Below are positions 51,467 through 61,179 of a stretch of DNA of 64,000 nt, piece after piece; within the stretch, counting starts at the first letter, position 1, and each line of letters begins with the position of its first letter. The stretch is from assembly GCF_054482595.1 (NCBI RefSeq), contig NZ_CM137008.1; one strand, written 5' to 3'. Both the position numbers and the translations under genes were made by a program. The notes beneath the pieces were generated by a model. That model did not search any database. It was not told where the DNA came from and worked only from the letters and a program-made list of their open reading frames with translations.

Positions 51467-51708
51467 GCACTGGCCGCGTGTGGCGCTGGATGCAGACGGT
51501 TAATCATGTCCGGACGGAAACCAGACCAGCTAAGATCGCCAGCAATCACTACCGGCAACTGACGAAAGCCCTGAGCACGCAACGCTTCTGCCGCTTCAGG
51601 AACGCGATCGACATTAATCATTTCAAAATCAAAGCCCCGGTTTTCCATCGCCCGTTTGGTGGCGTGGCACTGAACGCAATCGTTACGAGTGTAAATAGTA
51701 ATGCGCAT
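51463..51708 (-). CDS. nrdH: NrdH, glutaredoxin-like redoxin (81 aa)
   Basis: [26 protein letters not shown] with CVQC active site. Confidence 0.95.
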   Translation of the reverse strand: MRITIYTRNDCVQCHATKRAMENRGFDFEMINVDRVPEAAEALRAQGFRQLPVVIAGDLSWSGFRPDMINRLHPAPHAASA

Positions 51709-51812
51709 GATTCGTATTTCCGTTTAAAATGAAGATACGGCGCGATGATACGCGTCGGGTTGTCTCTCTGTTGATACAGAGATACTAGATGTAGTTGAAA
51801 AAAGATTCAACC

Positions 51813-51828
51813 ACACAATATATAGCAA
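51813..51828 (-). promoter_or_regulatory. Candidate NrdR box upstream of nrdHIEF
   Basis: acacaatatatagcaa matches 13 of 16 positions of the NrdR palindrome as I recall it (acaCwAtATaTwGtgt). Confidence 0.4.
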
Positions 51829-51892
51829 ATAGTGGTCGGAATTACCCTGGATATGAGCGTGACGGGGTAGGGGGATTTGTGTGATTTAAGAG

Positions 51893-51924
51893 GCAAAAAG
51901 AAACCCCGAAAACAGGCTTCGGGG
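51893..51924 (-). terminator. Intrinsic terminator of ygaM
   Basis: Hairpin ccccgaa-aacaggc-ttcgggg with the plus-strand A-run (gaggcaaaaagaaa) providing the minus-strand U-tract just downstream of the ygaM stop. Confidence 0.7.
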
Positions 51925-51955
51925 TCAAAGACGCGTATTTATTATCATTTTTGCA

Positions 51956-52285
51956 CTACGATTTGCGCATGCTTAACAGTGCGCCGATAAAAATACCTAC
52001 CGCAGCTGCTGTACCCACGCTACACCAGGGTCTTTCACGAACAAAAGAATCCGCGCAGCCAACGGCATCGCGTGCGGCTTGCTGGACGCGAGTACGACCA
52101 TGCATTCGCGCCCTGGTTTCTTTCAGCAATGCCTGAGCTTTACTTCGTGCGGCTTCAGCTTCCCCTTTGGCGTCGCTGCCCCAGGACTTCAATACAGATT
52201 CGAGGCTGTCAGCTAATTGATTGACATCATTCTGGATATCCTGCACGCCATCATCAACGTCGTTGCGGTTCGGTCGGTTAAACAT
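51956..52285 (-). CDS. ygaM: YgaM, ElaB/YqjD-family ribosome- and membrane-associated protein (109 aa)
   Basis: MFNRPNRNDVDDGVQDIQNDVNQLADSLESVLKSW... with C-terminal TM anchor; start at ATG 52285 (an in-frame ATG 12 nt upstream is possible). Confidence 0.85.
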   Translation of the reverse strand: MFNRPNRNDVDDGVQDIQNDVNQLADSLESVLKSWGSDAKGEAEAARSKAQALLKETRARMHGRTRVQQAARDAVGCADSFVRERPWCSVGTAAAVGIFIGALLSMRKS

Positions 52286-52436
52286 ATGATCCCCCATTAG
52301 AATTCGATGTAATTTTCAGTGTAGACCATAATTTTCTTAACTGAGGTTCATCGCGGCTTTATGGACTTTTCTGAAAGCGTTGTGAATGCGCAATCAGGTA
52401 AGGTAGGCCCGCGGTTGATAATAACGAGGATCAAAT

Positions 52437-52781
52437 ATGTATTTACGACCAGACGAGGTGGCGCGCGTACTTGAAAAAGTCGGTTTTACTGTCGATGTGG
52501 TAACCCAGAAAGCGTATGGTTACCGCCGTGGGGAAAATTATGTCTATGTTAATCGCGAAGCGCGAATGGGACGTACCGCACTGGTAATTCATCCAACATT
52601 AAAAGAACGTAGTTCGACACTGGCTGAACCCGCTTCCGATATTAAAACTTGCGATCATTATCAACAATTTCCGCTCTATTTAGCAGGCGAGCGACACGAG
52701 CATTACGGTATCCCGCATGGCTTTAGTTCGCGTGTTGCGCTTGAACGTTATTTGAATGGTTTATTTGGCGAAGCCAGTTAA
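52437..52781 (+). CDS. ygaC: YgaC, uncharacterised DUF2002-family protein (114 aa)
   Basis: ORF-track protein [35 protein letters not shown]...; recognised context. Confidence 0.85.
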
Positions 52782-52817
52782 AGACGCGACTGGCGATGCC
52801 AGTCGCGAAAAGAAGAG

Positions 52818-53267
52818 TCAGGCTTTTACCTGCTGGTAATGGCTGACTTTAAACAGTCGGCGGCAATAATCGAGGAAGTAGCCATAAACCGCCCCCATCA
52901 ACATCGAAACAACGATGTTTGAACTGACCGCCGCCATAATCTGATGCCAGTCTGCGCCCACCACTAACAAGATCGCCACATACACCGGTGACTGGAACGT
53001 CACATAAGCCAGGATATCCGCCAGATTTTTTATCCAGCCCGACGGGCTAACTTTGCGTGCCGCGCGCATAAACAGATCGCGGTACATACCGTATGGCCAT
53101 GCAATTAAGATGTTCACCGGAATCGCTACCAATCTGGAATAAAAAGACTGTTCGAAGCTCATTCCGGAGAGGAAAACTTCAATACACATGTTCACGACAG
53201 AACAGTAAACAACCATCGCGAACGTATCTGCAACTGCATGACGCAAGCGTGACTGCGGTGAGAACAT
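52818..53267 (-). CDS. alaE: AlaE (YgaW), L-alanine exporter (149 aa)
   Basis: Small 4-TMS membrane protein [27 protein letters not shown]... Confidence 0.88.
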   Translation of the reverse strand: MFSPQSRLRHAVADTFAMVVYCSVVNMCIEVFLSGMSFEQSFYSRLVAIPVNILIAWPYGMYRDLFMRAARKVSPSGWIKNLADILAYVTFQSPVYVAILLVVGADWHQIMAAVSSNIVVSMLMGAVYGYFLDYCRRLFKVSHYQQVKA

Positions 53268-53934
53268 GCTAATGCTCCTTAATAAAAGCGTAATGGGATG
53301 TTAATGGAGATGAAAGCAGTGGATCTCATTGCCATCTGCATTTTCGCATAGCGTATATCGCTGGCTATGACTAATCAATTAGTGAAAAATTTTTATTTAG
53401 TCAGTTTTTGTAGATAAAATATTCCGTAACGGCTCGTTTTTTGTACATTGTGGATTTTTACATGCCGATATGATTTATTTTCAATTAAATCAATTAGATA
53501 TGACCTTGCCTTTAATTTCACTAATGAAAGTTTGGGGGTGAGGTAACGCTATAAGCGTAGAGAATTCGGTGTATGTCGTGACCGGGTCATTTACAGCATT
53601 TTTTATGCCAGAAAATGTACATTAACAGCAGAAAGCACCAGTGATGGATGTTTTCTTTTATTCTGTTATATTGCATTTTTATTCACTTTGGTTTTGTCAG
53701 GCTTGCGGAATTAGCGAGCAGAGAGCGCCGTTCTGTTCACCAATAATCTAAATTACTCATCAAAATGGCTAATATATAATCTTGAAATTATTCTGAGAGT
53801 TTCAGAAAATAACAGCTGAAATAATCTCGCGCAGGACTGTAAATAGATTAAATTTTGTGGAAATATAATAAGTGATCGCTTACACTACGCGACGAAATAC
53901 TTTTTTGTTTTGGCGTTAAAAGGTTTTCTTTATT

Positions 53935-54339
53935 ATGTCCGTAATGTTACAAAGTTTAAATAACATTCGCACCCTCCGTGCGATGGCTCGCGAATTCTCC
54001 ATTGACGTTCTTGAAGAAATGCTCGAAAAATTCAGGGTTGTCACTAAAGAAAGACGTGAAGAAGAAGAACAGCAGCAGCGTGAACTGGCAGAGCGCCAGG
54101 AAAAAATTAGCACCTGGCTGGAGCTGATGAAAGCTGACGGAATTAACCCGGAAGAGTTATTGGGTAATAGCTCTGCTGCTGCACCACGCGCTGGTAAAAA
54201 ACGCCAGCCGCGTCCGGCGAAATATAAATTCACCGATGTTAACGGTGAAACTAAAACCTGGACCGGTCAGGGCCGTACACCGAAGCCAATCGCTCAGGCG
54301 CTGGCAGAAGGTAAATCTCTCGACGATTTCCTGATCTAA
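53935..54339 (+). CDS. stpA: StpA, H-NS paralog nucleoid protein / RNA chaperone (134 aa)
   Basis: [36 protein letters not shown]...[10 protein letters not shown], the H-NS family DNA-binding motif. Confidence 0.95.
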   Translation: MSVMLQSLNNIRTLRAMAREFSIDVLEEMLEKFRVVTKERREEEEQQQRELAERQEKISTWLELMKADGINPEELLGNSSAAAPRAGKKRQPRPAKYKFTDVNGETKTWTGQGRTPKPIAQALAEGKSLDDFLI

Positions 54340-54385
54340 TTACTGAGGCCGGATGTCGCTGCCAGGGCGCGTCCGGCGTCGCTTC

Positions 54386-54910
54386 TCAAGCTCGTTGGTT
54401 CCACGGCATCTTATCTAACAACCTTGCCATTCCACAAAAACCGCTGATTCCTGCAAACAGTAACCCGGCACCAACCAAGCCACTTAATAAGAAGAAACCG
54501 CTATTTACGGTATAACCCAGTACAACGCCGATTAATATTAAACCACCCGCAGCGATCTGCACCTGGCGCATTAACGGCAAGGGTTGAGATTTATTTACCG
54601 CTACTGGCAATCCTGCTTTTTTCCAGCCATCAATCCCATCTTCGAGTAAAAAGATTTCTGCGGGGGCGGCAATCGCTGCTAATTTATCGGCATTATTACT
54701 GGTGCGTTTACCTGCCTGGCAGTGGAATATAATTTGCTCGTGACGTAATTTAGCCGGAAGACCTGACTGTTCCAGCACGGATAATGGAGCCAGATCTGCT
54801 TCAGGAATATGTTCACGAAGATATTCATCAGCATCACGAATATCGATTAACTTTGCGCCGCGTGCGATTAATTCTTGTGCATCATGCGGCGAAATGGTTG
54901 TCAAAGCCAT
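54386..54910 (-). CDS. ygaP: YgaP, membrane-anchored rhodanese (thiosulfate sulfurtransferase, 174 aa)
   Basis: Rhodanese domain with active-site CQAGKR, C-terminal TM helices. Confidence 0.9.
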   Translation of the reverse strand: MALTTISPHDAQELIARGAKLIDIRDADEYLREHIPEADLAPLSVLEQSGLPAKLRHEQIIFHCQAGKRTSNNADKLAAIAAPAEIFLLEDGIDGWKKAGLPVAVNKSQPLPLMRQVQIAAGGLILIGVVLGYTVNSGFFLLSGLVGAGLLFAGISGFCGMARLLDKMPWNQRA

Positions 54911-54919
54911 AGTGACTCC

Positions 54920-55219
54920 TTACGGACAATAGACATTTTTCAGGGTGGCGATAATGGCATTTACCGCCTCATTTTTAATGGAATATAGAATGCGTTGGGC
55001 ATCCCGTTGGCTGTCGATAAGCCCTTCGTCCCGCATACGAGCGAGATGCTGTGATGTCGCAGAGGCACTCAGTCCGGTAATGCGCGTCAGCTCTCCCGCG
55101 CTGGTGCCGGGGGAACCGCTAAGCATGCACAGAATCAGCAATCGTTTAGGGTGGCTCATTGCTTTCAATAAGGCCGCTGCCTGTTCAGCACTGGCCTGTA
55201 ATTGCGTGAGTTCGGTCAT
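54920..55219 (-). CDS. ygaV: YgaV, ArsR/SmtB-family transcriptional regulator (99 aa)
   Basis: Winged HTH ...LKAMSHPKRLLILCML...; co-oriented immediately upstream of ygaP. Confidence 0.9.
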   Translation of the reverse strand: MTELTQLQASAEQAAALLKAMSHPKRLLILCMLSGSPGTSAGELTRITGLSASATSQHLARMRDEGLIDSQRDAQRILYSIKNEAVNAIIATLKNVYCP

Positions 55220-55401
55220 AGTTATTTAAGTATTTTCTAAATTAAGTAAACTCTAAACTAAAAATGCAACATATACCAGCCTCAGCAGCGTAAATGAGAG
55301 TAAAAGCGTAAGCTGAAACTGGCAGCCTCCGCTAAAATTACTACGCTTAAGAGATAAAATCTCTTTTTAAACAATGAGTAATTTTCTTATAGGGAGTACA
55401 T

Positions 55402-55560
55402 ATGGGTTTCTGGAGAATCGTCATCACCATCATTCTGCCGCCGCTCGGCGTGCTGCTCGGTAAAGGGTTCGGTTGGGCGTTCATTATTAATATTCTGCTG
55501 ACACTGCTTGGGTATATCCCCGGTTTGATTCACGCGTTCTGGGTGCAAACCCGCGATTAA
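55402..55560 (+). CDS. yqaE: YqaE, Pmp3/UPF0057-family small membrane protein (52 aa)
   Basis: Not in the ORF track (<60 aa). ATG 55402 after RBS-like agggag; translation MGFWRIVITIILPPLGVLLGKGFGWAFIINILLTLLGYIPGLIHAFWVQTRD. Confidence 0.85.
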   Translation: MGFWRIVITIILPPLGVLLGKGFGWAFIINILLTLLGYIPGLIHAFWVQTRD

Positions 55561-55643
55561 ACCTGTGCTCATCCCCGCGGCGTTAACGCGCCGCGTTCCT
55601 CTGCTACACTTTCTGAGTGTTTCCGTTAACGAATGAGGTAGCT

Positions 55644-56093
55644 ATGGGTCTGTTCAATTTTGTGAAAGATGCCGGAGAAAAACTCTGGGACGCGGTTACA
55701 GGTCAGCACGATAAAGACGATCAGGCGAAGAAGGTGCAGGAGCATCTGAACAAAACCGGTATACCTGATGCCGATAAAGTGAATATTCAAATTGCCGACG
55801 GCAAAGCGACGGTCACTGGTGACGGCCTGAGTCAGGAGGCGAAAGAGAAAATCCTTGTTGCGGTGGGGAATATTTCCGGCATTGCCAGTGTTGATGATCA
55901 GGTGAAAACGGCGACACCAGCCACTGCCAGCCAGTTTTATACCGTTAAGTCTGGCGACACTCTGAGTGCCATTTCCAAACAGGTCTACGGTAACGCCAAT
56001 CTGTACAATAAAATCTTCGAAGCGAATAAACCGATGCTAAAAAGCCCGGATAAAATTTACCCGGGGCAAGTGTTGCGTATTCCTGAAGAGTAG
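55644..56093 (+). CDS. kbp: Kbp (YgaU), K+-binding BON + LysM domain protein (149 aa)
   Basis: Recognised start [15 protein letters not shown] (ATG 55644); C-terminal LysM ([19 protein letters not shown]). Confidence 0.92.
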
Positions 56094-56756
56094 TTAATTG
56101 CCAGCCATCGCCTGCTGGATAATGGGAATTGGCGTCAGTAAATGCTGGCGCATTAACTCACTGGCGCGCGCGGTATCTCGCGCCAGTACCGCCGCAGTCA
56201 GGGTCTGGTGCTGATCGTGTTTATCCTCCAGCATTTCCACCGAAAGCACTGTTTGTCGCAGCCAGATAAATCGATAGCGCGCCGCCAGATCAAACAACCG
56301 TTCACGCATTTGCAGCAAATAGTGAGAACCACAGCCCGCCACAATTGCCGTATGAAACGCCTGATGACGCAGATCCCACTCATCAAGCATTTTCTCGCTG
56401 GCGTCACGGGCCTCAAGCTTACTCAACAGATGCGCTTTTGCGAGAACGTCTGCCTCCCACTCATCGCCACCGCGGGCAATCGCCAGACTCACTAACATCG
56501 CTTCCATATTGGCGCGGGCGTCGAAAATATCGAGCAGCTCCTGCTCTGACATAGACGCCACCCGATACCCTTTTTGATTCACCACCGTGACCAGCCGTTC
56601 CGCCACCAGTTGCGAAAGAGCTTCCCGTAACGGCCCAACGCCAAGTGCATAACGCGATGTCAGCAAACTCATTCGTAATTTTTCATCCGGTTGAAAATTA
56701 CCGCGAATAATATCGTTCTTCAGCCAGCGATAGCCATCCAGAGACGTAATGGTCAT
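56094..56756 (-). CDS. csiR: CsiR (GabC), GntR/FadR-family repressor of csiD-lhgO-gabDTP (220 aa)
   Basis: Start at MTITSLDGYRWLKNDIIRGNF (ATG 56754..56756); GntR HTH plus FCD domain. Confidence 0.9.
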   Translation of the reverse strand: MTITSLDGYRWLKNDIIRGNFQPDEKLRMSLLTSRYALGVGPLREALSQLVAERLVTVVNQKGYRVASMSEQELLDIFDARANMEAMLVSLAIARGGDEWEADVLAKAHLLSKLEARDASEKMLDEWDLRHQAFHTAIVAGCGSHYLLQMRERLFDLAARYRFIWLRQTVLSVEMLEDKHDQHQTLTAAVLARDTARASELMRQHLLTPIPIIQQAMAGN

Positions 56757-56776
56757 GGTGTGACTCCTGATCATTA

Positions 56777-58177
56777 TCAGCGCGTATTATGAACGGGTGT
56801 TTTTTGCCACAATACCAGCTTTTTCCAGCGCGCCATAATCGGCACGGTACAGATAATCCCTATCGCTAATAAGCCGGTAGAGATCACTTCTAACTGTTGC
56901 GCCGGGCGGAATAACATCACCACCAACACAAAGGTAATAAAGCCTATTACCAGCCAGGTGAGCCACGGGTAAAGCCACATGCGCAAGCGAATTTCGCTTC
57001 CTTCTGCTCGCAGAATTTTACGCATCCGCAACTGTGAAACGGCGATGACTAAATAAACCAGCAGGGCGATAGCACCGGAGCTATCTATCAGGAATTTAAA
57101 CACTTTCGCAGGTGCGTAATAGTTCACCACCACCGTTAAAAATGCCGCTCCGGTGGAGAGTAACACCGCCACGTACGGGGTTTTACTGCGGTTGATTTTG
57201 CCCATTACCGCGGGCGCATCACCGCGACGGCTTAAGGAGTAGAGCATCCTTGACGCGGTATACAGCGCCGAGTTCAGACAGCTGGTTACGGAAAGTAATA
57301 TCACGCAGTCCATGATTAATTTCGCATGGGGAATATTGAGCAATTCCAGAACCGAGCGATAAGAACCAACGGCTTTCAGCCCCGGCATATTCCACGGTAT
57401 TAACGCCACTACGACAAAAATAGAGCACAAATAGAAGATAGAAATACGCCAGATAACCGAGTTGGTAGCGCGGACAATATGTTTTTCCGGCGTGTCGGAT
57501 TCCGCGGCGGCAATGGTGACAATTTCTGCGCCCATAAACGAGAACATGGTGATCAACATCGCGCTTAATACCGCACCGAAGCCGTTGGGCATAAAGCCGC
57601 CGCTATCCCACAATCTTGAGATCCCGCTCACGTCGGCATACGGGTAAAAACCGCTAATTGCGACTGCACCAAGGAAAATAAAGGCCAGGATAGCGATGAC
57701 TTTGCACAGCGCCAGCCAGAACTCAAATTCGCCGTAGTTTTTAACGCTTAATAAATTACTGCCGGTTAAAGCGAGAGTAATGACGAGGGAAAATAACCAG
57801 ATGGGAATACCGGGAACCCACGAGTGCAGGATCATGGCGGCGATGTTGGCTTCCAGCGGGATAACCAGTACCCAAAACCACCAGTACAACCAGCCGATGG
57901 TATAGCCCGCCCAGCGACCAATGGCTTTATCGGCATAGGTGGAAAACGAACCGGTATCGGGCGTGGCAACCGCCATTTCCGCCAACATCCGCATAATCAT
58001 AACCACCAGTAGCCCGGCGAACAGATAGGCCAGTAATACCGCCGGGCCCGCTTCGGCGATGGCGACGCTGGAACCGACAAACAGACTTGCGCCGATAACA
58101 CCGGCAATAGACAACATGGTGACATGGCGTGATTTCAGCCCGCCGCCTAACTCATGTGGTTGCGATGATTGCCCCAT
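56777..58177 (-). CDS. gabP: GabP, GABA permease (APC family, 466 aa)
   Basis: Recognised start MGQSSQPHELGGGLKSRHVTMLSIAGVIG (ATG 58175..58177); ORF track began 63 nt upstream. Confidence 0.93.
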   Translation of the reverse strand: MGQSSQPHELGGGLKSRHVTMLSIAGVIGASLFVGSSVAIAEAGPAVLLAYLFAGLLVVMIMRMLAEMAVATPDTGSFSTYADKAIGRWAGYTIGWLYWWFWVLVIPLEANIAAMILHSWVPGIPIWLFSLVITLALTGSNLLSVKNYGEFEFWLALCKVIAILAFIFLGAVAISGFYPYADVSGISRLWDSGGFMPNGFGAVLSAMLITMFSFMGAEIVTIAAAESDTPEKHIVRATNSVIWRISIFYLCSIFVVVALIPWNMPGLKAVGSYRSVLELLNIPHAKLIMDCVILLSVTSCLNSALYTASRMLYSLSRRGDAPAVMGKINRSKTPYVAVLLSTGAAFLTVVVNYYAPAKVFKFLIDSSGAIALLVYLVIAVSQLRMRKILRAEGSEIRLRMWLYPWLTWLVIGFITFVLVVMLFRPAQQLEVISTGLLAIGIICTVPIMARWKKLVLWQKTPVHNTR

Positions 58178-58326
58178 CCTGAATCCTCTCGAAAGTGTGT
58201 CACTTGGGAGAGCGCCCCGACATTTCCCGCGTCGGGTCACGCGTATAATTGTTATTGATTCTTTTTGCCGGAGAGCGGCTCCGCCTTACCCGGCCAACAT
58301 AGATTTCTTCCTGTTCACGTACAGAT

Positions 58327-58401
58327 TGTCGGATGCGGCGTAAACGCCTTATCCGACCTACACTCTCGTAGGCCGGACAAGACGCGTAGCGTCGCCTCCG
58401 G
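58327..58401. repeat. REP/BIME element between gabT and gabP
   Basis: gtcggatgcggcgtaaacgccttatccgacctaca ... gtaggccggacaagacgcgtagcgtcgcctccggca. Confidence 0.85.
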
Positions 58402-58414
58402 CATGGGTGCGGTG

Positions 58415-59695
58415 CTACTGCTTCGCCTCAGCAAAACACTGGCTGATGATCTCCAGACCCTGACGGATCTGAGCGTCTTCAATGGTGAGCGGTACAAGGA
58501 TGCGTAGCACGTTGTAATACGGGCCGCAGGAGAGAAGAATCAGGCCCTTATCGCGGGCGCGCGCCACGATCTCGGCGGTGAGTTTTGCGTCCGGTTTGCT
58601 GTGATCGCCATCTTCAAACAGCTCGATGGCGATCATCGCTCCCAGCCCGCGTACGTCGCCGATCTCCGGGTGTTTTTCGGCTATCGCCAGCAATCCGTCT
58701 TTCAACTTCTGCCCCAGATCGTTGGCTTTTTGCAGCAGATTTTCCTGCTCAAACACCTTCAACACTTCCAGCGCCGCCACGCAGGCAATCGGATTACCGG
58801 CATAGGTGCCGCCCAGCCCGCCTGGAGCGACGGCATCCATCACTTCGGCGCGCCCGGTGACGCCCGCCAGCGGGAAGCCGCCTGCGATCGATTTCGCAAA
58901 GGTGGTGAGATCTGGTGCCACGCCCATTTGCTCCATCGCAAACAGCGTGCCGGTACGCCCCGCGCCGCTCTGCACTTCATCGGCAATCAGCATGATCCCG
59001 TGCTCGTCACACAGCGCGCGTAAACGCTGCATAAACGCAGGCGTCGCGGCGTAGAAACCGCCTTCGCCCTGAACCGGCTCAATCACGATGGCGGCGATAT
59101 CTTCCGGCGCGGCGTCATTTTTGAAGATCCGGTGGATGCTGGCGATAGCGTCATCTTCACTGATGCCGTGCAGCGGGCAAGGATAAAGCGCGCGATAAAC
59201 GTGCCCTGGCATCAGGCCCATGCCCGCAGAGTACGGATTCACCTTGCCGGTCAGCGCCAGCGTGTAATGCGTGCGCCCGTGATACGCGCCGCTAAAAGCG
59301 ATGGTGCCGCTACGTTTGGTGGCTGCGCGGGCGATTTTCACCGCGTTTTCCACCGCTTCGGAACCGGTCGTAACCAGCAGCGTTTTCTTGGCAAAATCGC
59401 CCGGCACCTTCTGATTCATAATCTCGCACAGCTCCAGATACGGCTCGTAAGCCAGCACCTGGAAGCAGGTGTGCGACAATTTTTTCAACTGCGCTTCCAC
59501 CGCCGCAACCACTTTCGGATGCAGGTGCCCGGTATTGAGCACCGCAATGCCGCCCGCGAAATCAAGATACTCACGGCCTTCAACGTCCCACACCCGGCAG
59601 TTTTCTGCGCGATCAGCGAAAATGGGGTGAATTTGCCCAACGCCACGAGGAACTGCCTGACTACGGCGCTGCATTAACTCTTTATTGCTGCTCAT
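58415..59695 (-). CDS. gabT: GabT, 4-aminobutyrate aminotransferase (PLP-dependent, 426 aa)
   Basis: MSSNKELMQRRSQAVPRGVGQIHPIFADRAEN...; class III aminotransferase. Confidence 0.95.
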   Translation of the reverse strand: MSSNKELMQRRSQAVPRGVGQIHPIFADRAENCRVWDVEGREYLDFAGGIAVLNTGHLHPKVVAAVEAQLKKLSHTCFQVLAYEPYLELCEIMNQKVPGDFAKKTLLVTTGSEAVENAVKIARAATKRSGTIAFSGAYHGRTHYTLALTGKVNPYSAGMGLMPGHVYRALYPCPLHGISEDDAIASIHRIFKNDAAPEDIAAIVIEPVQGEGGFYAATPAFMQRLRALCDEHGIMLIADEVQSGAGRTGTLFAMEQMGVAPDLTTFAKSIAGGFPLAGVTGRAEVMDAVAPGGLGGTYAGNPIACVAALEVLKVFEQENLLQKANDLGQKLKDGLLAIAEKHPEIGDVRGLGAMIAIELFEDGDHSKPDAKLTAEIVARARDKGLILLSCGPYYNVLRILVPLTIEDAQIRQGLEIISQCFAEAKQ

Positions 59696-59708
59696 TCGCG
59701 TTCTCCAG

Positions 59709-61157
59709 TTAAAGACCGATGCACATATATTTGATTTCTAAGTAATCTTCGATGCCATACTTCGAACCTTCACGACCCAGACCCGAGGCTTTGATGCCGC
59801 CGAACGGGGCCACTTCATTGGAAATAATCCCGGTATTGATGCCGACGATGCCATACTCCAGCGCCTCGCCCACGCGGAAGACGCGACTTAAATCACGGGC
59901 GTAGAAATAGGCGGCAAGGCCAAACTCGGTGTCATTGGCCTGCGCAATCACATCGGCTTCATCTTTAAAACGGAACAGTGGGGCGAGGGGGCCGAAGGTC
60001 TCTTCTTTCGACACTTTGGCGTTAGCCGGAACGTTCACCAGAATGGTCGGCTGGAAGAAGTTACCGCCACGTTCATGTGCTTTACCGCCGCAAACCACGC
60101 GCGCGCCTTTCTCCAGCGCATCGGCAATATGCTCTTCCACTTTTGCTACCGCTTTTTCATCGATCAGCGGCCCGATGGTGACGCCTTTATCCAGCCCGTC
60201 GCCGATGTGCAGTTTGCTTACCGCCTGCTGCAATTTTTCGGCAAAGCGGTCATACACGCCGTCCTGCACGTATAAACGGTTGGCGCAGACGCAGGTTTGC
60301 CCGGCGTTGCGGAATTTCGAGGCCAGTGCGCCTTCCACGGCTTTATCGAGATCGGCATCGTCAAAGACGATAAACGGCGCGTTGCCGCCCAGCTCCAGCG
60401 ACACTTTTTTGATGTCTTTCGCGCACTGTTCCATTAACTGGCGGCCAATTTCGGTCGAACCGGTAAACGACAGTTTGCGTACCAGCGGGTTGCTGGTCAG
60501 TTCGTTACCCACCGCGCCCGCCGAACCGGTGACCACGTTAAACACGCCAGCCGGAATGCCCGCGCGGATCGCCAGCTCCGCCAGCGCCAGCGCAGAGAAC
60601 GGCGTTTGACTGGCGGGCTTCAGCACCATGGTGCAGCCTGCCGCCAGCGCCGGGCCGGCTTTACGGGTAATCATCGCCGCCGGGAAGTTCCACGGCGTGA
60701 TGGCAGCGGTAACGCCAATCGGCTGCTTGATCACAATCAGGCGCTTATCGGCCTGATGACCGGGAATGGTGTCGCCATAAATGCGTTTGCCTTCTTCGGC
60801 AAACCACTCAATAAAAGAGGCGGCGTAGCTGATTTCGCCTTTCGCTTCAGCCAGCGGTTTACCCTGTTCGAGGGTCATCAGGCGCGCTAAATCGTCCTGA
60901 TGCTCCATCATCAAATTGAACCAGTTGCGCAGAATGTTGGCGCGTTCTTTGGCGGTGAGCGCACGCCAGGCGGGCAGGGCGCGGTTGGCGGCGTCGATAG
61001 CGGCGCGGGTTTCATCTGCGCCCATTTTCGGCACGCTACCCAGCTTGTCGCCGTTCGCCGGATTGGTGACGTCGATGACCTCGCCATTGTTGGCGTCCAG
61101 CCATTCCCCGTTAATTAACGCCTGCTGGCGGAATAAGTTACTGTCGTTCAGTTTCAT
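59709..61157 (-). CDS. gabD: GabD, succinate-semialdehyde dehydrogenase (NADP+, 482 aa)
   Basis: MKLNDSNLFRQQALINGEWLDANNGE...; aldehyde dehydrogenase motifs (ELGGNAP, catalytic Cys region). Confidence 0.95.
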   Translation of the reverse strand: MKLNDSNLFRQQALINGEWLDANNGEVIDVTNPANGDKLGSVPKMGADETRAAIDAANRALPAWRALTAKERANILRNWFNLMMEHQDDLARLMTLEQGKPLAEAKGEISYAASFIEWFAEEGKRIYGDTIPGHQADKRLIVIKQPIGVTAAITPWNFPAAMITRKAGPALAAGCTMVLKPASQTPFSALALAELAIRAGIPAGVFNVVTGSAGAVGNELTSNPLVRKLSFTGSTEIGRQLMEQCAKDIKKVSLELGGNAPFIVFDDADLDKAVEGALASKFRNAGQTCVCANRLYVQDGVYDRFAEKLQQAVSKLHIGDGLDKGVTIGPLIDEKAVAKVEEHIADALEKGARVVCGGKAHERGGNFFQPTILVNVPANAKVSKEETFGPLAPLFRFKDEADVIAQANDTEFGLAAYFYARDLSRVFRVGEALEYGIVGINTGIISNEVAPFGGIKASGLGREGSKYGIEDYLEIKYMCIGL

Positions 61158-61179
61158 CGTTACGTCCTGTTTTCAAAGG

